A DNA stretch of 55,115 bases from Spirochaetia bacterium (GCA_963662265.2 CAXXHA010000018.1:1-55115), one strand, 5' to 3'. Shown: positions 28,707 to 40,255, counted from the stretch's first letter. Notes: generated from the sequence alone by a model not told the origin. Made by a program: numbers and translations.

Positions 28707-28772
28707 AAACCCTTCGAATTCGACGGGTTTAAATGTGTTATGAATTACAAACCCATCGAATTCGAAGGGTTT
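28707..28772. repeat. Twin 24-bp palindromes with a 42-bp period
   Basis: aaacccttcgaattcgacgggttt (28707-28730) and aaacccatcgaattcgaagggttt (28749-28772). Confidence 0.8.
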
Positions 28773-28904
28773 TGCCGGCAGTGAAAAATATCCTGAAAAG
28801 ATATATTTATCCTGTATTCCATAGCAGGTTTTGTAAAAAGATTTTCCGCATGAATCTCTTTTAACTGCTTCCCAAATACTGTTTAATACTGCAATAATAA
28901 AGCG

Positions 28905-30785
28905 ATGAAGTTCGAGAAAATCACTGACATCAACAGAAGCTGTCTCTCTGATGAGTCCCGGCTTGAAGGGGATGCGGATTACATAGTTTTCTGCGAGAGT
29001 GTCGACGATGTCCAAGAAGCTGTTATGCAGGCGGTTGAAAAGGGATGGGGGATAACTGTCCAGGGGTCGCGGACCGGGATAACAGGCGGAGCTGTACCTG
29101 CAAGGCATGCGGAGGAAAGGGAAAATCCCTGCAGACGGGGAGGAAGTTTTTCCGGCAGGCATTCTGAAGAAGTTGATGCCATAAATGAAATTACTGCCGG
29201 CAATAATAATGGGCCGAACGGGGAAGCGCTTCTCTGCCGGGACAGAAATTTTACAGGCAGGGGAAATTCTTCCGGTATTTGCGGCCTTTCAGGGGAAGCA
29301 GTTATAAATCTGAGTAGGATGAAGCAGGTCTTCCGCATCAGGCAGGAAGGATGCGGGGTCAGGATAAAGGCCGGTTCCGGCCTCAGTCTTACCGAGATTG
29401 AAAATATTCTAAAAGGGGAGGTTTTTGATACTTCGCTTCTTGATGATGAGTCGCTTGAAACCCTTGATATTCTTAGAAAGGGAAATTTTTTCTTCCCTCC
29501 CGATCCGACAGAAAAATCAGCATCAATAGGCGGTGTTGTTGCAAACTGTGCATCAGGCTCCCGTACATTTCACTATGGTTCTGCGAGGAATTTCATAACC
29601 TCACTCGATATAATACTCGCAGATTCGTCTCAGGCTGAAGTCAACAGAACAGAAAACCATTATAAGGCGGAAGGATTTAAATTCTCTCTTCCCCTGTCTT
29701 CCGGTAAAGTGATTGAAGGAGAGCTTCCTGAGCTTTATTCCCCTGACTGCAAGACTGCAGCTGGTCTTATGTCGGAAAAAAACATGGATCTTATCGACCT
29801 GTTTATCGGTTCTGAGGGGATACTGGGGATTATAGCCTCGGTTGAGTTTATTGTCATCCCCGAGCCTCTTTCTGTAAACGGGATACTGATATTTCCCCCT
29901 GAAAGGGAATCAAACCTGAGACTTGCTGAGATTTTCTGTACTGAGGGAAGATGTAAATACTCTCAAAAATCCGGGGAGGAAAAATCCTGCAGAAAAAATG
30001 ATAATAAAAAGGACTGGCTTATCTCCGGAAGCTGCAGAATTGCTGCTGTTGAATATTTTGACAGCAATGCTATCTCTCTTTTACAGAAATATATAGAGGA
30101 GGGATCTTTCAGGACGCTTTTTCCGTTTTCTGAAAACTGTATAGGCGGGGCTTTGTATGTCGAGATCCATTCAGATGATCCGGGCGGAAGTTTTGAAACT
30201 CTTCAGAAGATTTCCGATTTTCTTGAAAAAGAGGGTGTCAGGGGGAGCTCTGTCTTTGTTTCCGATGGTGAAAGTGATCTCAGGAGGATGAAGGAGTTCC
30301 GTCATTCTGTTCCTGAATCTGTAAACATGACAATAGACAGAATAAGAAAGCAGGGCAATGATATAACGAAACTCGGTACAGACATGGCTGTTCCTGATGG
30401 GGCTTTCAGAGAACTTTTCAAGCAGTATTACAGCGATCTTGAAAAATTCAGTTCAGGATCAGCCAGGGAGAACCAGTTGTCAGATAATGCCGGATATCTT
30501 CCTGGTATCAATTATGCAGTGTTCGGCCATATCGGGAACAGCCACCTGCATGTAAATATAATTCCCGGGAGCAGGGATGAATATATAAAAGGAAAGAAGC
30601 TTGTCAGGAAGTGGGCGGAAAAGGCGGTTTCGCTTGGAGGGACTGTATCTGCAGAGCATGGTACAGGCCGGCTAAAGAAGGAATACCTTGAACTGATGTA
30701 TGGAAAAGAGGGTATAGGGAAGATAGAATATGTTAAATCTATTTTTGATCCGGGATCTGTCATAAACCGGGGAGTCATGATTTAA
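28905..30785 (+). CDS. FAD-linked oxidoreductase (GlcD/D-lactate dehydrogenase, VAO/PCMH family)
   Basis: QGSRTGITGGAVP, FFPPDP...SIGG, FIGSEGILG, FGHIGNSHLHVN, SAEHGTG..K and DP....N.G motifs. Confidence 0.88.
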   Translation: MKFEKITDINRSCLSDESRLEGDADYIVFCESVDDVQEAVMQAVEKGWGITVQGSRTGITGGAVPARHAEERENPCRRGGSFSGRHSEEVDAINEITAGNNNGPNGEALLCRDRNFTGRGNSSGICGLSGEAVINLSRMKQVFRIRQEGCGVRIKAGSGLSLTEIENILKGEVFDTSLLDDESLETLDILRKGNFFFPPDPTEKSASIGGVVANCASGSRTFHYGSARNFITSLDIILADSSQAEVNRTENHYKAEGFKFSLPLSSGKVIEGELPELYSPDCKTAAGLMSEKNMDLIDLFIGSEGILGIIASVEFIVIPEPLSVNGILIFPPERESNLRLAEIFCTEGRCKYSQKSGEEKSCRKNDNKKDWLISGSCRIAAVEYFDSNAISLLQKYIEEGSFRTLFPFSENCIGGALYVEIHSDDPGGSFETLQKISDFLEKEGVRGSSVFVSDGESDLRRMKEFRHSVPESVNMTIDRIRKQGNDITKLGTDMAVPDGAFRELFKQYYSDLEKFSSGSARENQLSDNAGYLPGINYAVFGHIGNSHLHVNIIPGSRDEYIKGKKLVRKWAEKAVSLGGTVSAEHGTGRLKKEYLELMYGKEGIGKIEYVKSIFDPGSVINRGVMI

Positions 30786-30945
30786 CCCTGTTTATTCATC
30801 TTACAATAAAGTTTTGTGGTTTATCTTTAATCAATCAGTCTGTAATTTTATATTCCTGTTTATTGATATAAAATCTGCATCCCTGTCAGGCAACAGCGTC
30901 AGTTTATGAGTAAGTTAATAATCCTCAGTAATACGGCATGGTATT

Positions 30946-31311
30946 TCAGTAGATTTCTCCGTAGTGGTTTATTTTTTTTATAAGCTGGGTATCTGCATCA
31001 AATATTATGCACACAGCTTCAAGCCTTGCAGATTTTCTGATCCTGTATTTCTCTAGATAAAAACCTGCTGTTTTCTTCATCTGGTTTATCTTTTTCCTGT
31101 TCAGGGAATCCTCCGGAGTACCGTGTTCATCTGATGTCCTTGATCTCACTTCAACAAACACAATTATATTATCAATTTCTGCAACAATATCTATATCAGA
31201 GTGGCCTATGAAAAAATTCCTTGCAATTATTCTGTATCCTGATTCTCTTAAGACAGTTGTCGCAACATCTTCGGCAAATTTTCCGAGAAGTTTTCTGTTC
31301 TGATCTGTCAT
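30946..31311 (-). CDS. yraN: YraN (UPF0102) PD-(D/E)xK nuclease
   Basis: G...E..A...L...GY.I..RN, DIDIVA and VFVEVRSR. Confidence 0.92.
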   Translation of the reverse strand: MTDQNRKLLGKFAEDVATTVLRESGYRIIARNFFIGHSDIDIVAEIDNIIVFVEVRSRTSDEHGTPEDSLNRKKINQMKKTAGFYLEKYRIRKSARLEAVCIIFDADTQLIKKINHYGEIY

Positions 31312-31470
31312 GACTTAAATTACTCCCTGTAAAATAATTATCCTGATTTCCGTTTGTCAGTCTCTGCCTGTGTTATCCGCATTTTTTATATTCATGCAAA
31401 GCTTCGGCTGGTTTTTTAATACTTCTGTTAAGCTGAATCCTGCTTCCTTTTCTGTTGATGGGATCAGGCA

Positions 31471-33000
31471 TCAGTATGTGGGCCTGTACTGTACAGCTTC
31501 AGCAATATGCTCCTCTCTTATTTTTTCCGCTCCTTCAAGGTCTGCGATTGTCTGCGCTGTCTTTATCACTTTCAGGTATGCCCTTGCCGAGAGTCTGAAT
31601 CCAGATGATGCTTCAAGCAGAAACTTCTGGGCCGCATCAGACATTTTTGTATATTTTCTTATAAGCCTGTTATTCATTTCCCCGTTTGTATGTATCTTTT
31701 CATCTTCTAGCCTGTGCTGCTGTATAAGCCTTGTCTCAAGTATTCTCTGCCGTATATCTTCCGAAGTCCGGTTGTTACCTGATGATGAGGATATTGAAGA
31801 AAGTTTTTTCACATCAATGGATGGTACATCTATATGGATATCTATCCTGTCTAGAATAGGTCCTGATAGTTTTTTCCTGTATCTGTGTATCTCATTCCCT
31901 GTACAGCTGCATCTGTCAGTTCCGTCATTAAGGTAACCGCATGGGCATGGATTTGCTGCAGCTGCAAGAATGAATCTGGAGGGATAGGTAATTCTCTCCC
32001 TGCTTCGTGATATTGTAAGTTCCCCGTCTTCAAGCGGCTGCCTGAGCGCCTCGATAACTGATCTTGGAAACTCGTTAAACTCATCCAGAAAAAGCACTCC
32101 CCTGTGTGCAAGGCTTATTTCTCCTGGACGGGGACAGCTTCCTCCACCCACAAGGCCTGCGCGTGATATTATGTGGTGAGGCGATCTGAAAGGTCTTGTT
32201 TTTATGAGTGATCCCCCCGGGGGAATACATCCTGCGCTTGAATATATTTTAGTCACTTCGATTGATTCTTCTTCTGTGAGGAGGGGGAGTATCCCCGGCA
32301 TTGTCCTTGCAAGCATTGTCTTTCCCGCCCCGGGCGCTCCTGTCATCAGTATATTGTGCCCCCCTGCAGCTGCTATCTCAACAGCTCTTTTAGCCTGCTC
32401 CTGTCCTGCTATCTCGGACATGTCAAAGCTGCCCTGAAATTTTTCTGCATTGCTTTCGCTGCTGATTTTATATTCAGAAGGTTTTATCATAATTTCTGAT
32501 TTGAGGAACCTTATAAGCTGAACAAGGTTTTCAACAGGATACACATTTATTCCCTTGACTACCGATGCTTCATTGGCTGACTCTTCGGGAAGGAAAACAT
32601 TTTTTATACAGCTTCCTGATGCAAATAACGCTGCAAGCAGCGCACCTTTTGTATGACGCAGTGTTCCATCAAGCGACAGCTCTCCGAAGAATATGCTGTT
32701 TTCAGGTATCCTGAATCCTGTCAGAAACGAGAGTATTCCGGCAGCTATCGGCAGGTCATAGAAAGCTCCCTCCTTCGGAATATCTCCCGGCGCGAGGTTT
32801 ACTGTTATTTTTTTAAACGGGAAGTGGATTCCCGAGTTGTTTATCGCTGTCCTGACCCTCTCCCTGCTCTCCGCGACTGCCTTGTTAGGCAGTCCCACAA
32901 TATCGAATGAGGGAAGCCCTTTTTCCGCAATGTTTATTTCCACATCTATGTTAAGTGTATCAAGCCCGGAGAACGACACAGAAGTGACTTTTATAAGCAT
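31471..33000 (-). CDS. comM: ComM/YifB Mg-chelatase-like AAA+ helicase
   Basis: IVGLP..AV.ESRERV, VNLAP, GAPGAGKT, RPFRSPHH, GEISLAHRGVLFLDE, NPCPCG and SGPILDRID. Start taken at MLIKV (33000). Confidence 0.95.
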   Translation of the reverse strand: MLIKVTSVSFSGLDTLNIDVEINIAEKGLPSFDIVGLPNKAVAESRERVRTAINNSGIHFPFKKITVNLAPGDIPKEGAFYDLPIAAGILSFLTGFRIPENSIFFGELSLDGTLRHTKGALLAALFASGSCIKNVFLPEESANEASVVKGINVYPVENLVQLIRFLKSEIMIKPSEYKISSESNAEKFQGSFDMSEIAGQEQAKRAVEIAAAGGHNILMTGAPGAGKTMLARTMPGILPLLTEEESIEVTKIYSSAGCIPPGGSLIKTRPFRSPHHIISRAGLVGGGSCPRPGEISLAHRGVLFLDEFNEFPRSVIEALRQPLEDGELTISRSRERITYPSRFILAAAANPCPCGYLNDGTDRCSCTGNEIHRYRKKLSGPILDRIDIHIDVPSIDVKKLSSISSSSGNNRTSEDIRQRILETRLIQQHRLEDEKIHTNGEMNNRLIRKYTKMSDAAQKFLLEASSGFRLSARAYLKVIKTAQTIADLEGAEKIREEHIAEAVQYRPTY

Positions 33001-34013
33001 TTCCTGCCTCCTGAAGCTGTGTAGCACAGTCCTTTTTTCTGCATGATGCGTCTTTTAAGGAGTAGTTTTGTAATTTCTGCTCCTGTTTCAGATACAGAAA
33101 GGCCGGTTTTCCTTGCTATCTCATCTATTGAAAGCGCTTCTTCCGTAAGAAGGGTTATAATGCGGCTGCTTTTATTATCAATTAAAGGAGTAGCAGATTT
33201 TACTCCCTGATCAGGATGAGTTGATTTGATTTTTTGTTCATGAGAAGAAGTTTTTACTCTTTGAACAGTATTATCAAATTTAACTTCCGAGCCCGAAAAA
33301 GAGGTTTCCGAATAATAATCAAGATGCTCTTTACCGTAAAACTCCAATATATCTTCAAGCCCAGTGACTATTTGCGCCCCCTTCCTTATAAGTCCTGCCG
33401 TGCCCAGTGATACGCTGCTGGTAAGAGGACCAGGAACAGCAAAGATCTTCCTCCCGAAGCGTTCTGCATATCCTGCAGTTATAAGCGCGCCGCTCTTTAT
33501 GCTTGCCTCGATTACGAGGAGTGAAGGGGAGAGCCCTGCAATAATCCTGTTGCGCCTCGGGAATGTCCACCTCGCAGGCTGCATATCTCCTTCATACTCT
33601 GAGATTACAAGCCCCCCTTTTTCCAGTATCCTTTTATAAAGCTTTTCCTGATATCCAGGGTGTATTCTCTCTATACCGCAAGGCATTACTGCTATTGTTT
33701 TCCCTCCTGCTGCAAGTGATGCTTCATGTGCAGATGCATCTATTCCGTACATGAAACCGGAAACAATTGTAATTCCCGAGGAGGCAGCCTCGGATACAAG
33801 TTTTTCTGTTATTATTTCACCGTATCCTGTCATCCTTCTTGAGCCCACGACACTCAGCGTTTCTGTGAAAACATCTTTATTCCAGGAGCCCCTGAAATAT
33901 ATTTTCCTGGGAGGGTCTTTTATTTCTTTCAGAAGAACGGGGTATTCAGAGCTTCTGATATCAATGTTTTTGACTTCAAGCAAAAAGGATTTACTGAGAA
34001 TATTTTTTTCCAT
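32991..34013 (-). CDS. dprA: DNA-processing protein DprA
   Basis: YP..LKEI.DPP, VVGSR, IVSG..YGID..AH, FPRRNRII, SGALITA and C-terminal wHTH; start uncertain. Confidence 0.93.
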   Translation of the reverse strand: MEKNILSKSFLLEVKNIDIRSSEYPVLLKEIKDPPRKIYFRGSWNKDVFTETLSVVGSRRMTGYGEIITEKLVSEAASSGITIVSGFMYGIDASAHEASLAAGGKTIAVMPCGIERIHPGYQEKLYKRILEKGGLVISEYEGDMQPARWTFPRRNRIIAGLSPSLLVIEASIKSGALITAGYAERFGRKIFAVPGPLTSSVSLGTAGLIRKGAQIVTGLEDILEFYGKEHLDYYSETSFSGSEVKFDNTVQRVKTSSHEQKIKSTHPDQGVKSATPLIDNKSSRIITLLTEEALSIDEIARKTGLSVSETGAEITKLLLKRRIMQKKGLCYTASGGRKCL

Positions 34014-34120
34014 TACATGTTGGATAACTGTAAAAATGAAAACCTGATTCAATTTTAGAGATTATCTTGCTTTTACTGAATCTGACAGGAAGCAAGCAGA
34101 GTCTGCTTATATCCGGAAAT

Positions 34121-34148
34121 AAAAAGAGCTGCCCCCGGGGGCAGCCCT
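34121..34148 (-). terminator. Rho-independent terminator after carB
   Basis: On the minus strand, agggctgccccc-gggggcagctct followed by a T-run. Confidence 0.75.
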
Positions 34149-34243
34149 TGTATTGAGAAGGAATGTTTTTTAGTCCCTGCTGATGTCTCAATATATAGAA
34201 TAACTAATCAGGTACTTATCCTGCCAGCGTCAGCTGACTGGAT

Positions 34244-37200
34244 TTATTTAAAGTCACCAAGTATATCGATAAGAGGTCTTACTATGACTTCTTTTTTCTT
34301 AAGATATTTAATAGCCCTTGTAGCTGCGTGAGCTGCTGATGTTGTTGTCGTATAAGTCAGCTTTCTCTTCACAGCTTCAATTCTTATCTCATTATCGCTC
34401 TTTTCTGCAAATTTACCAAGAGGGGTATTGATCAAAAGTGAAAAATTTCCCGCTTTTATGTGGTCAATTACGTTAGGACGCCCTTCGTGGATCTTTAAAA
34501 CCACCTCGGAGAAGATTCCGTTGTCAAAAAGGAAGTTAGCTGTTCCCCTTGTCGCCGCAATTTCAAAACCCAGGGATTTAAGCTCCTTCACAATTGGGAG
34601 GATTGTTTTTCTGTCGTTTCTGTTAACTGACACAAAAGCTTTCCCCTCTGTCGGCAGTACACCTCCTGCAGCATCCTGCGCCTTTGCAAAAGCCTCTCCG
34701 AATGATGAACCTGTGCCTATTACTTCTCCTGTTGATTTCATTTCAGGTCCCAGAACAGGGTCATAGTCTGAGAACCTGTCGTTGGAGAATACTGCTTCCT
34801 TGACAGCCCATCCTGTCTGGGGCTGACCGATACCGATGAAGCATTTATCATCTTTTATGAAGTGAGCCTTCTCTTTTGCAAGCCCCTGCTCAACCAGGTC
34901 TTTTCCCCTCCAGATCCTTACGGCTGACTGTATCAGGTTGATTCCTGAAGCCTTTGAAAGGAACGGTACTGTACGGGACGCCCTCGGGTTAACTTCAATT
35001 ATATAGAGTTCATCATCCTTGACCGCATACTGGATGTTGAGGAATCCCACGACTCCTATTTCCCTTGCAATTCTAACAGTTGCTTCAGTCATTTCATTTA
35101 TGACTTTTTCCGTAGACTTGTATGCCGGGAACACGCAGGCTGAGTCTCCCGAATGGATCCCTGCCGCTTCTATGTGCTGCATTATGCCGGCGATATATAC
35201 GTTTCTGCCGTCGCATATAGCATCTATGTCATATTCAAATGCATCTTCGAGAAACTGATCCACAAGTATCGGCCTGCTCTCTGAAACCTCTATTCCTCTC
35301 TGGAGATAAAGGTCAAGCTCCTCTTTGTTGTAGGCTATGAACATGCTTTTTCCGCCCAGAACGAAAGATGGACGGAGGAGTACAGGGTATCCCATTTCTT
35401 CCGCGCATTTTTCAATCTGGTCGAAGCTTGTCGCTGTCCTGTTGTCAGGCTGCCTTAAGGATAGTTTATTCATCAGGTCGGCAAAGAGCCCCCTGTCTTC
35501 AGCTGTATTTATTGCATCAACAGAGGTCCCCACAATATTAACACCCCAATCTGCAAGTTCTTCTGCCATGTTTAGGGGTGTCTGTCCCCCCAGCTGTACA
35601 ATGACATCTTTTACACCCTCTTTCCTGATAATGTTTTTAACATCCTCAGTTACAAGGGGTTCTATGTAGAGCCTGTCCGATACATTGAAGTCTGTTGATA
35701 CTGTTTCAGGGTTTGAGTTGACCATGATGGATTTAACACCTTCATTCCTGTATGCGATTGAAGCCAGTGTACAGCCTGTATCAAACTCGAGTCCCTGTCC
35801 TATCCTGTTCGGGCCTGATGCAAGAATTATTACTGCATCTCCTTCAGTTTTTCCCCCCTCATCAATCTCTCCGAAGGTTGAATAGAAGTATGGAGTGTCT
35901 GCCTTAAACTCGCCTGCGCATGTATCAACAAAGTGGTAGGAGGGATTTATATCCATCTCTTCTCTTATCTTTTCTATTTCAGATGCAGTTTTGCTTGTTA
36001 TTGCCGCAATCCTCTTATCGGAAAATCCGCTCTGCTTTGCATCCATGAGGAGTTTTTTGGAAAGTTCTCTTGTCTTTAGTTTTTGTTTCAATTCTTGCAA
36101 TTGATGCCATGTTGTAGAGAAACCACTTGTCATACTTTGTTTTCTCATAAAGCATGTCTATGGCGCCGTATCCCTCCCTGAGGAGTACTGTATAGATTGC
36201 ATATATTCTTAAAGGATGAAGTGTGGTGAGCATAGGCTCGAGTTCTTCATCTGTTGGTTCGCCGGGAAGGGAAGTCAGTCCCTCTTTTCCTATTTCAACA
36301 GATCTTATTGCCTTGTTAAGCGCCTCGTTGAATGTTCTTCCAAGAGCGAGAGCCTCCCCGACAGATTTCATCTGTGTGCCGAGAGTCTCGTAGCTTGTCG
36401 GGAATTTTTCAAGTTCGAAGCGTGGTATTTTAACAGCCACATAGTCAAGTGCCGGTTCAAACGCGGAAACTGTCTCTCCTGTAATCTCGTTTGTAATCTC
36501 ATCGAGTGTGTAACCTACAGCAAGCCGTGCAGAACAGCGGGCAATAGGAAATCCTGTTGCCTTGCTTGCAAGGGCAGAGGAGCGAGAAACCCTTGGATTC
36601 ATCTCGATTACAATCATTCTTCCTGTATCAGGTTTTACCGCAAACTGTACATTTGATCCTCCGCAGTCAATCCCGATTGCCCTCAGGATGTCAAGGGAAG
36701 CTGTTCTCATCTTCTGGTATTCCCTGTCTGAGAGACTCTGTATAGGTGCAACTGTTATACTGTCACCTGTATGAACACCCATCGGATCGACATTTTCGAT
36801 TGAACAGACAATAACTGCATTGTCGGCAGGGTCCCTGATAACCTCCATTTCGAACTCTTTCCACCCTATAAGGGATTCTTCAATGAGAGCTTCGTGTACA
36901 GGACTTTCAGAGAGAGCTTTTTCTATCTGATCATTAAACTCAGCCTCTGTATAGGCAATGCTGCCTCCCTTTCCGCCGAGTGTGTAACTGGGCCTGATTA
37001 CGAGGGGAAGTCCAACTTCCTTTTTAAGTTCAATAGCATCTTTAACACATTTTGCAACAACAGATCTCGGAACATCGAGTCCGATTTCCTTGATAACATC
37101 TTTGAACTTGCCCCTGTCCTCTGCAAGCCTGATTGCTTCTATGCTTGCCCCGATAACTTCAACATTGTATTTATCAAGAATCCCTGCATCATAAAGGTCG

Positions 37201-37499
37201 AGTGAAAGATTAAGCCCTGTCTGCCCCCCGATTGTGGGGAGGATAGCATCAGGCCTTTCCCTGCTTATTATCTCTTCAAGGTAGGGTACTGAGAGGGGTT
37301 CCATATAGATCCTGTCTGCAATTCCCGGTGTTGTCATTACAGTCGCGGGATTCGGGTTTACAAGTATTACCTCGTAGCCGTCCTCCTTGAGCGCTTTTAC
37401 AGCCTGTGTTCCCGAGTAATCAAACTCGCAGGCCTGTCCTATAACTATCGGTCCAGAACCGATTATAAGTATTTTATGTATATCTTTTCGTGCCGGCAC
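34244..37499 (-). pseudogene. carB: Carbamoyl-phosphate synthase large subunit with one +1 frameshift (probably a sequencing error)
   Basis: [39 protein letters not shown] and an MGS domain. The two ORFs join if one base is removed from the T5 run at 36080-36084 (RIETK-LKTRE). GTG start at 37499 after RBS AAGGAG. Confidence 0.9.
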
Positions 37500-37531
37500 T
37501 TTATTCTCCTTTTCTTCTCTCTGCTGTGTAT

Positions 37532-38819
37532 TCATATTAAGCAGAAGGGCCCTTTTTGGTTATATCTTCCGTTCAAGGGGGTTTGTCTGCACTTTGCTTT
37601 TATTACTCCCGGAATTTCTATTCCCGGAATAACCCGTGTTTCAGTTAAGAGATCCCCTTTTGAAGCATATTCAACAAAATCATCAAAGATCCATGATGAA
37701 TCAACCGGACCCGGAGCAGCCTCGGGATGAAACTGTGCAGTAAGGATATTTAAATCGTCACAGACAAATCCCTTCCTGGCTCTTGTCATTCGCATTTATG
37801 AATCTTGCTTCAACATTTGAAGGAAGAGTTTCTGTATCAACTGCAAACCCGTGGTTCTGGGAAGTTACAAATACCCTTCCTGTCCTGATATCTCTTACAG
37901 GGTGGTTGAGGCCGTGATGGCCGAATTTCATCTTGTAGGTTTTTCCTCCCAGTGCCTGGCTTATAAGCTGGTGTCCAAGACATATTCCGAAAAGAGGTTT
38001 TTTACCTATCAGGTTTTTTATCATCTCTATCTGTTTTCCGAGTACGGCAGGGTCTCCCGGTCCATTTGAAATCAGGATACCGTCCGGGTTTCCCTTCAGT
38101 ATTTCATCTGCAGCTGCTGTATCGGGGAATAATGATACTCTGCATCCCCTTTCTGTAAACTCTCTTATTATGTTTGCCTTGATACCGCAGTCCACGACTG
38201 CCATGTGTACCTTGCCATTCGGATTTATGACTTCCCTGCTTTCTGTTCCAACCTCTTTTATCAGGTTCTGACCTTCCATTGCAGGAATTGTTGAAATAAA
38301 CCTTTTTACAGAAGCTATATCCTCTTCTGTTAGTACAGTGTTTCTGCTGTCGGAAGGGCGAACTATAAGGCCGTTTGGGCTTCCATTATCTCTTATGTGG
38401 AGTGTTAGTCTTCTTGTATCTATTCCGGTGATACCGGGGGTATCGTTGTCTCTCATGAATCTGTCGAGAGTCATTCTTCCTTCGGGTACAGGACCTCTGT
38501 AAAGCTTTTTGACAACAAGGCCTGCCAGTTTTATACCCGGAAGTCTTCTTCCGTTTTCCGGACCTATTTCGCTCCACTCGTTGTCATCCCCGTAGTTTCC
38601 CGCGTGAGGATAGGTCATGGTAACTATCTGACCGGTGTAGGAAGGATCTGTCAGTATTTCGTGATAACCTGACATTCCTGTGTTGAATACTACTTCCCCT
38701 GAACCCTTTTTTGTGATTTCAAATTTTTCAAGTTCATGTGTTCTGGGAGGAAGTGCTCCGAAAGAATAGCCGGGGAAGATATTCCCGTCGGCAAGGACTA
38801 GATAACAATGTTCCTGCAT
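37532..38819 (-). pseudogene. carA: Carbamoyl-phosphate synthase small subunit with a +1 frameshift near 37770 (probably a sequencing error)
   Basis: GEVVFNTGMSGY, SNGPGDP, GICLGHQ and SQNHGF; catalytic QFHPE lies in the shifted frame. Confidence 0.9.
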
Positions 38820-39145
38820 ACTCCACCATTTTTTTATTCGCAAGGCGGGTTCAAGATACTGGAATAATTGTCCAGTACAAGTATTCCGCAGCCTGCTTTA
38901 TAATTTTATATTTCATTGTACGGATCAGTTGTCTTGAACCTGCCATACAATCCATTCCCTTATATAACAATCCCCGGCGTAACCGGGGTTTTTAAATTTT
39001 ACGAGATCCTGGGAATTATCCCTTCAAAAACATTTTATCAAGTGCTTCCTGATATAATCTTGCCTGTCTTCCTGTTCAGTAAACAGGTGTATCTTCAACT
39101 CAGAATAATTCTTAATGCACAAACTATAGCATACTGCAGATTACG

Positions 39146-40090
39146 TCAATATTCAGAAGCAATTCCAATGACATCTTTTAGTGATTTATACCCTTTTTTT
39201 TGCATAAATATGCAAATATCTTCTAAAATACTGTATAAAGATTCAGGATTTCTGAATATTGAAGTGCCTATCTGGAAGGCTGAGCAACCTGCCATCATAA
39301 ACTGAAGTGCAGTTTCCGCACAGTCGATACCTCCGCATCCCACGAGAGGAACAGAGGGAGCGCCCTGTGTATCATATAGGCAATTCTGAGTGCCGCGGGA
39401 TACATTGCAGGCCTGACATTCCTCCGAAGATATTGCCAGCACCGGTTTGCCCTTATCAATGTCTATTTTCATTCCAGGGACAGTATTTACAGCTGTAAGA
39501 ATATCAGCACCTGAATCGACACAGGCACGTGCAACATCCACAGGAGAACCTGCCGCAGGGCTGATCTTCGCCAGAAGGGGGAGTCTTGCTGTTCTTTCTT
39601 ACAGCTGAAATAACTTCTGCAGCTGAAGAGGGATCAGATCCGAAATGCATTCCCCCTTTGAAACATTTGGGCATGATATGTTTATTTCAACAGCATCAAT
39701 ACTTCCGGCTTTTTCAACCCGTTCTGCAAGAAGCTCAAATTCTATGAGTGAGCTTCCGGCAATGCTTGCAATGCATACTGCCTTGCTGTGTTTTTCCTGA
39801 ATACAGGCATTTTTTCTGAAAGGAATTTATCTATTCGACATTTGCAAGCCCTATTGAATTTATCATCCCGCTTTCAACTTCGCAGCATCGGGCGGGGGAT
39901 TTCCCTCTTTCGGTTTTTCAGATACTGATTTCAGAATTACTGCTCCCCAGTCTTCCGAGGGGCAGAAGTCATCATATTCAGTCCCGTATCCGTATGTTCC
40001 GCTTGCCGAGATTGCAGGGTTTTTAAGATCAAGCCCTGCTATAGAGGTGTTCAGTATGCTTTTGTCTATGCTGTTGTCTTTCTTAATCAT
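39146..40090 (-). pseudogene. pyrD: Dihydroorotate dehydrogenase B catalytic subunit, multiple frameshifts
   Basis: LKNPAISASGTYGYG, GNPPP, EINISCPNV (read by hand near 39670-39690), AVNT and VGCGGI...FMMAG...QIGT fragments in different frames. Confidence 0.85.
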
Positions 40091-40255
40091 TGTTTAATTC
40101 TATCTCCGGATTATTCATTATCTGGGTTATCCGCGTTAATAATTCCGTCATGTTAAAAGAGTCGGAATTATATCCTGGATTGGTTATTCCTGCTGATGAT
40201 TTATAAATGCTGCAGCTGGAATGTTTTTTCTGCCCCTGGCGGCAATTCTGCTGTC

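Noticed and set aside
28707-28772. Possible mini CRISPR array
   Set aside because: Only two units, an 18-bp spacer, fully palindromic repeats and no cas genes in the window.
28638-29162. 174-aa minus-strand ORF
   Set aside because: It overlaps the FAD oxidoreductase antisense and has no recognisable domain apart from the peptides encoded by the palindromes.
31370-31936. Longer antisense ORFs (this one, 10158-10646, 48299-48826, 51673-52185, 52960-53487 and similar)
   Set aside because: They are shadows of well-supported genes on the opposite strand, with no motifs of their own.
34244-37535. Naturally split carB or a programmed frameshift
   Set aside because: The break is one extra base in a 5-nt homopolymer, the second ORF has no convincing RBS or start, and neighbouring genes show the same error type.
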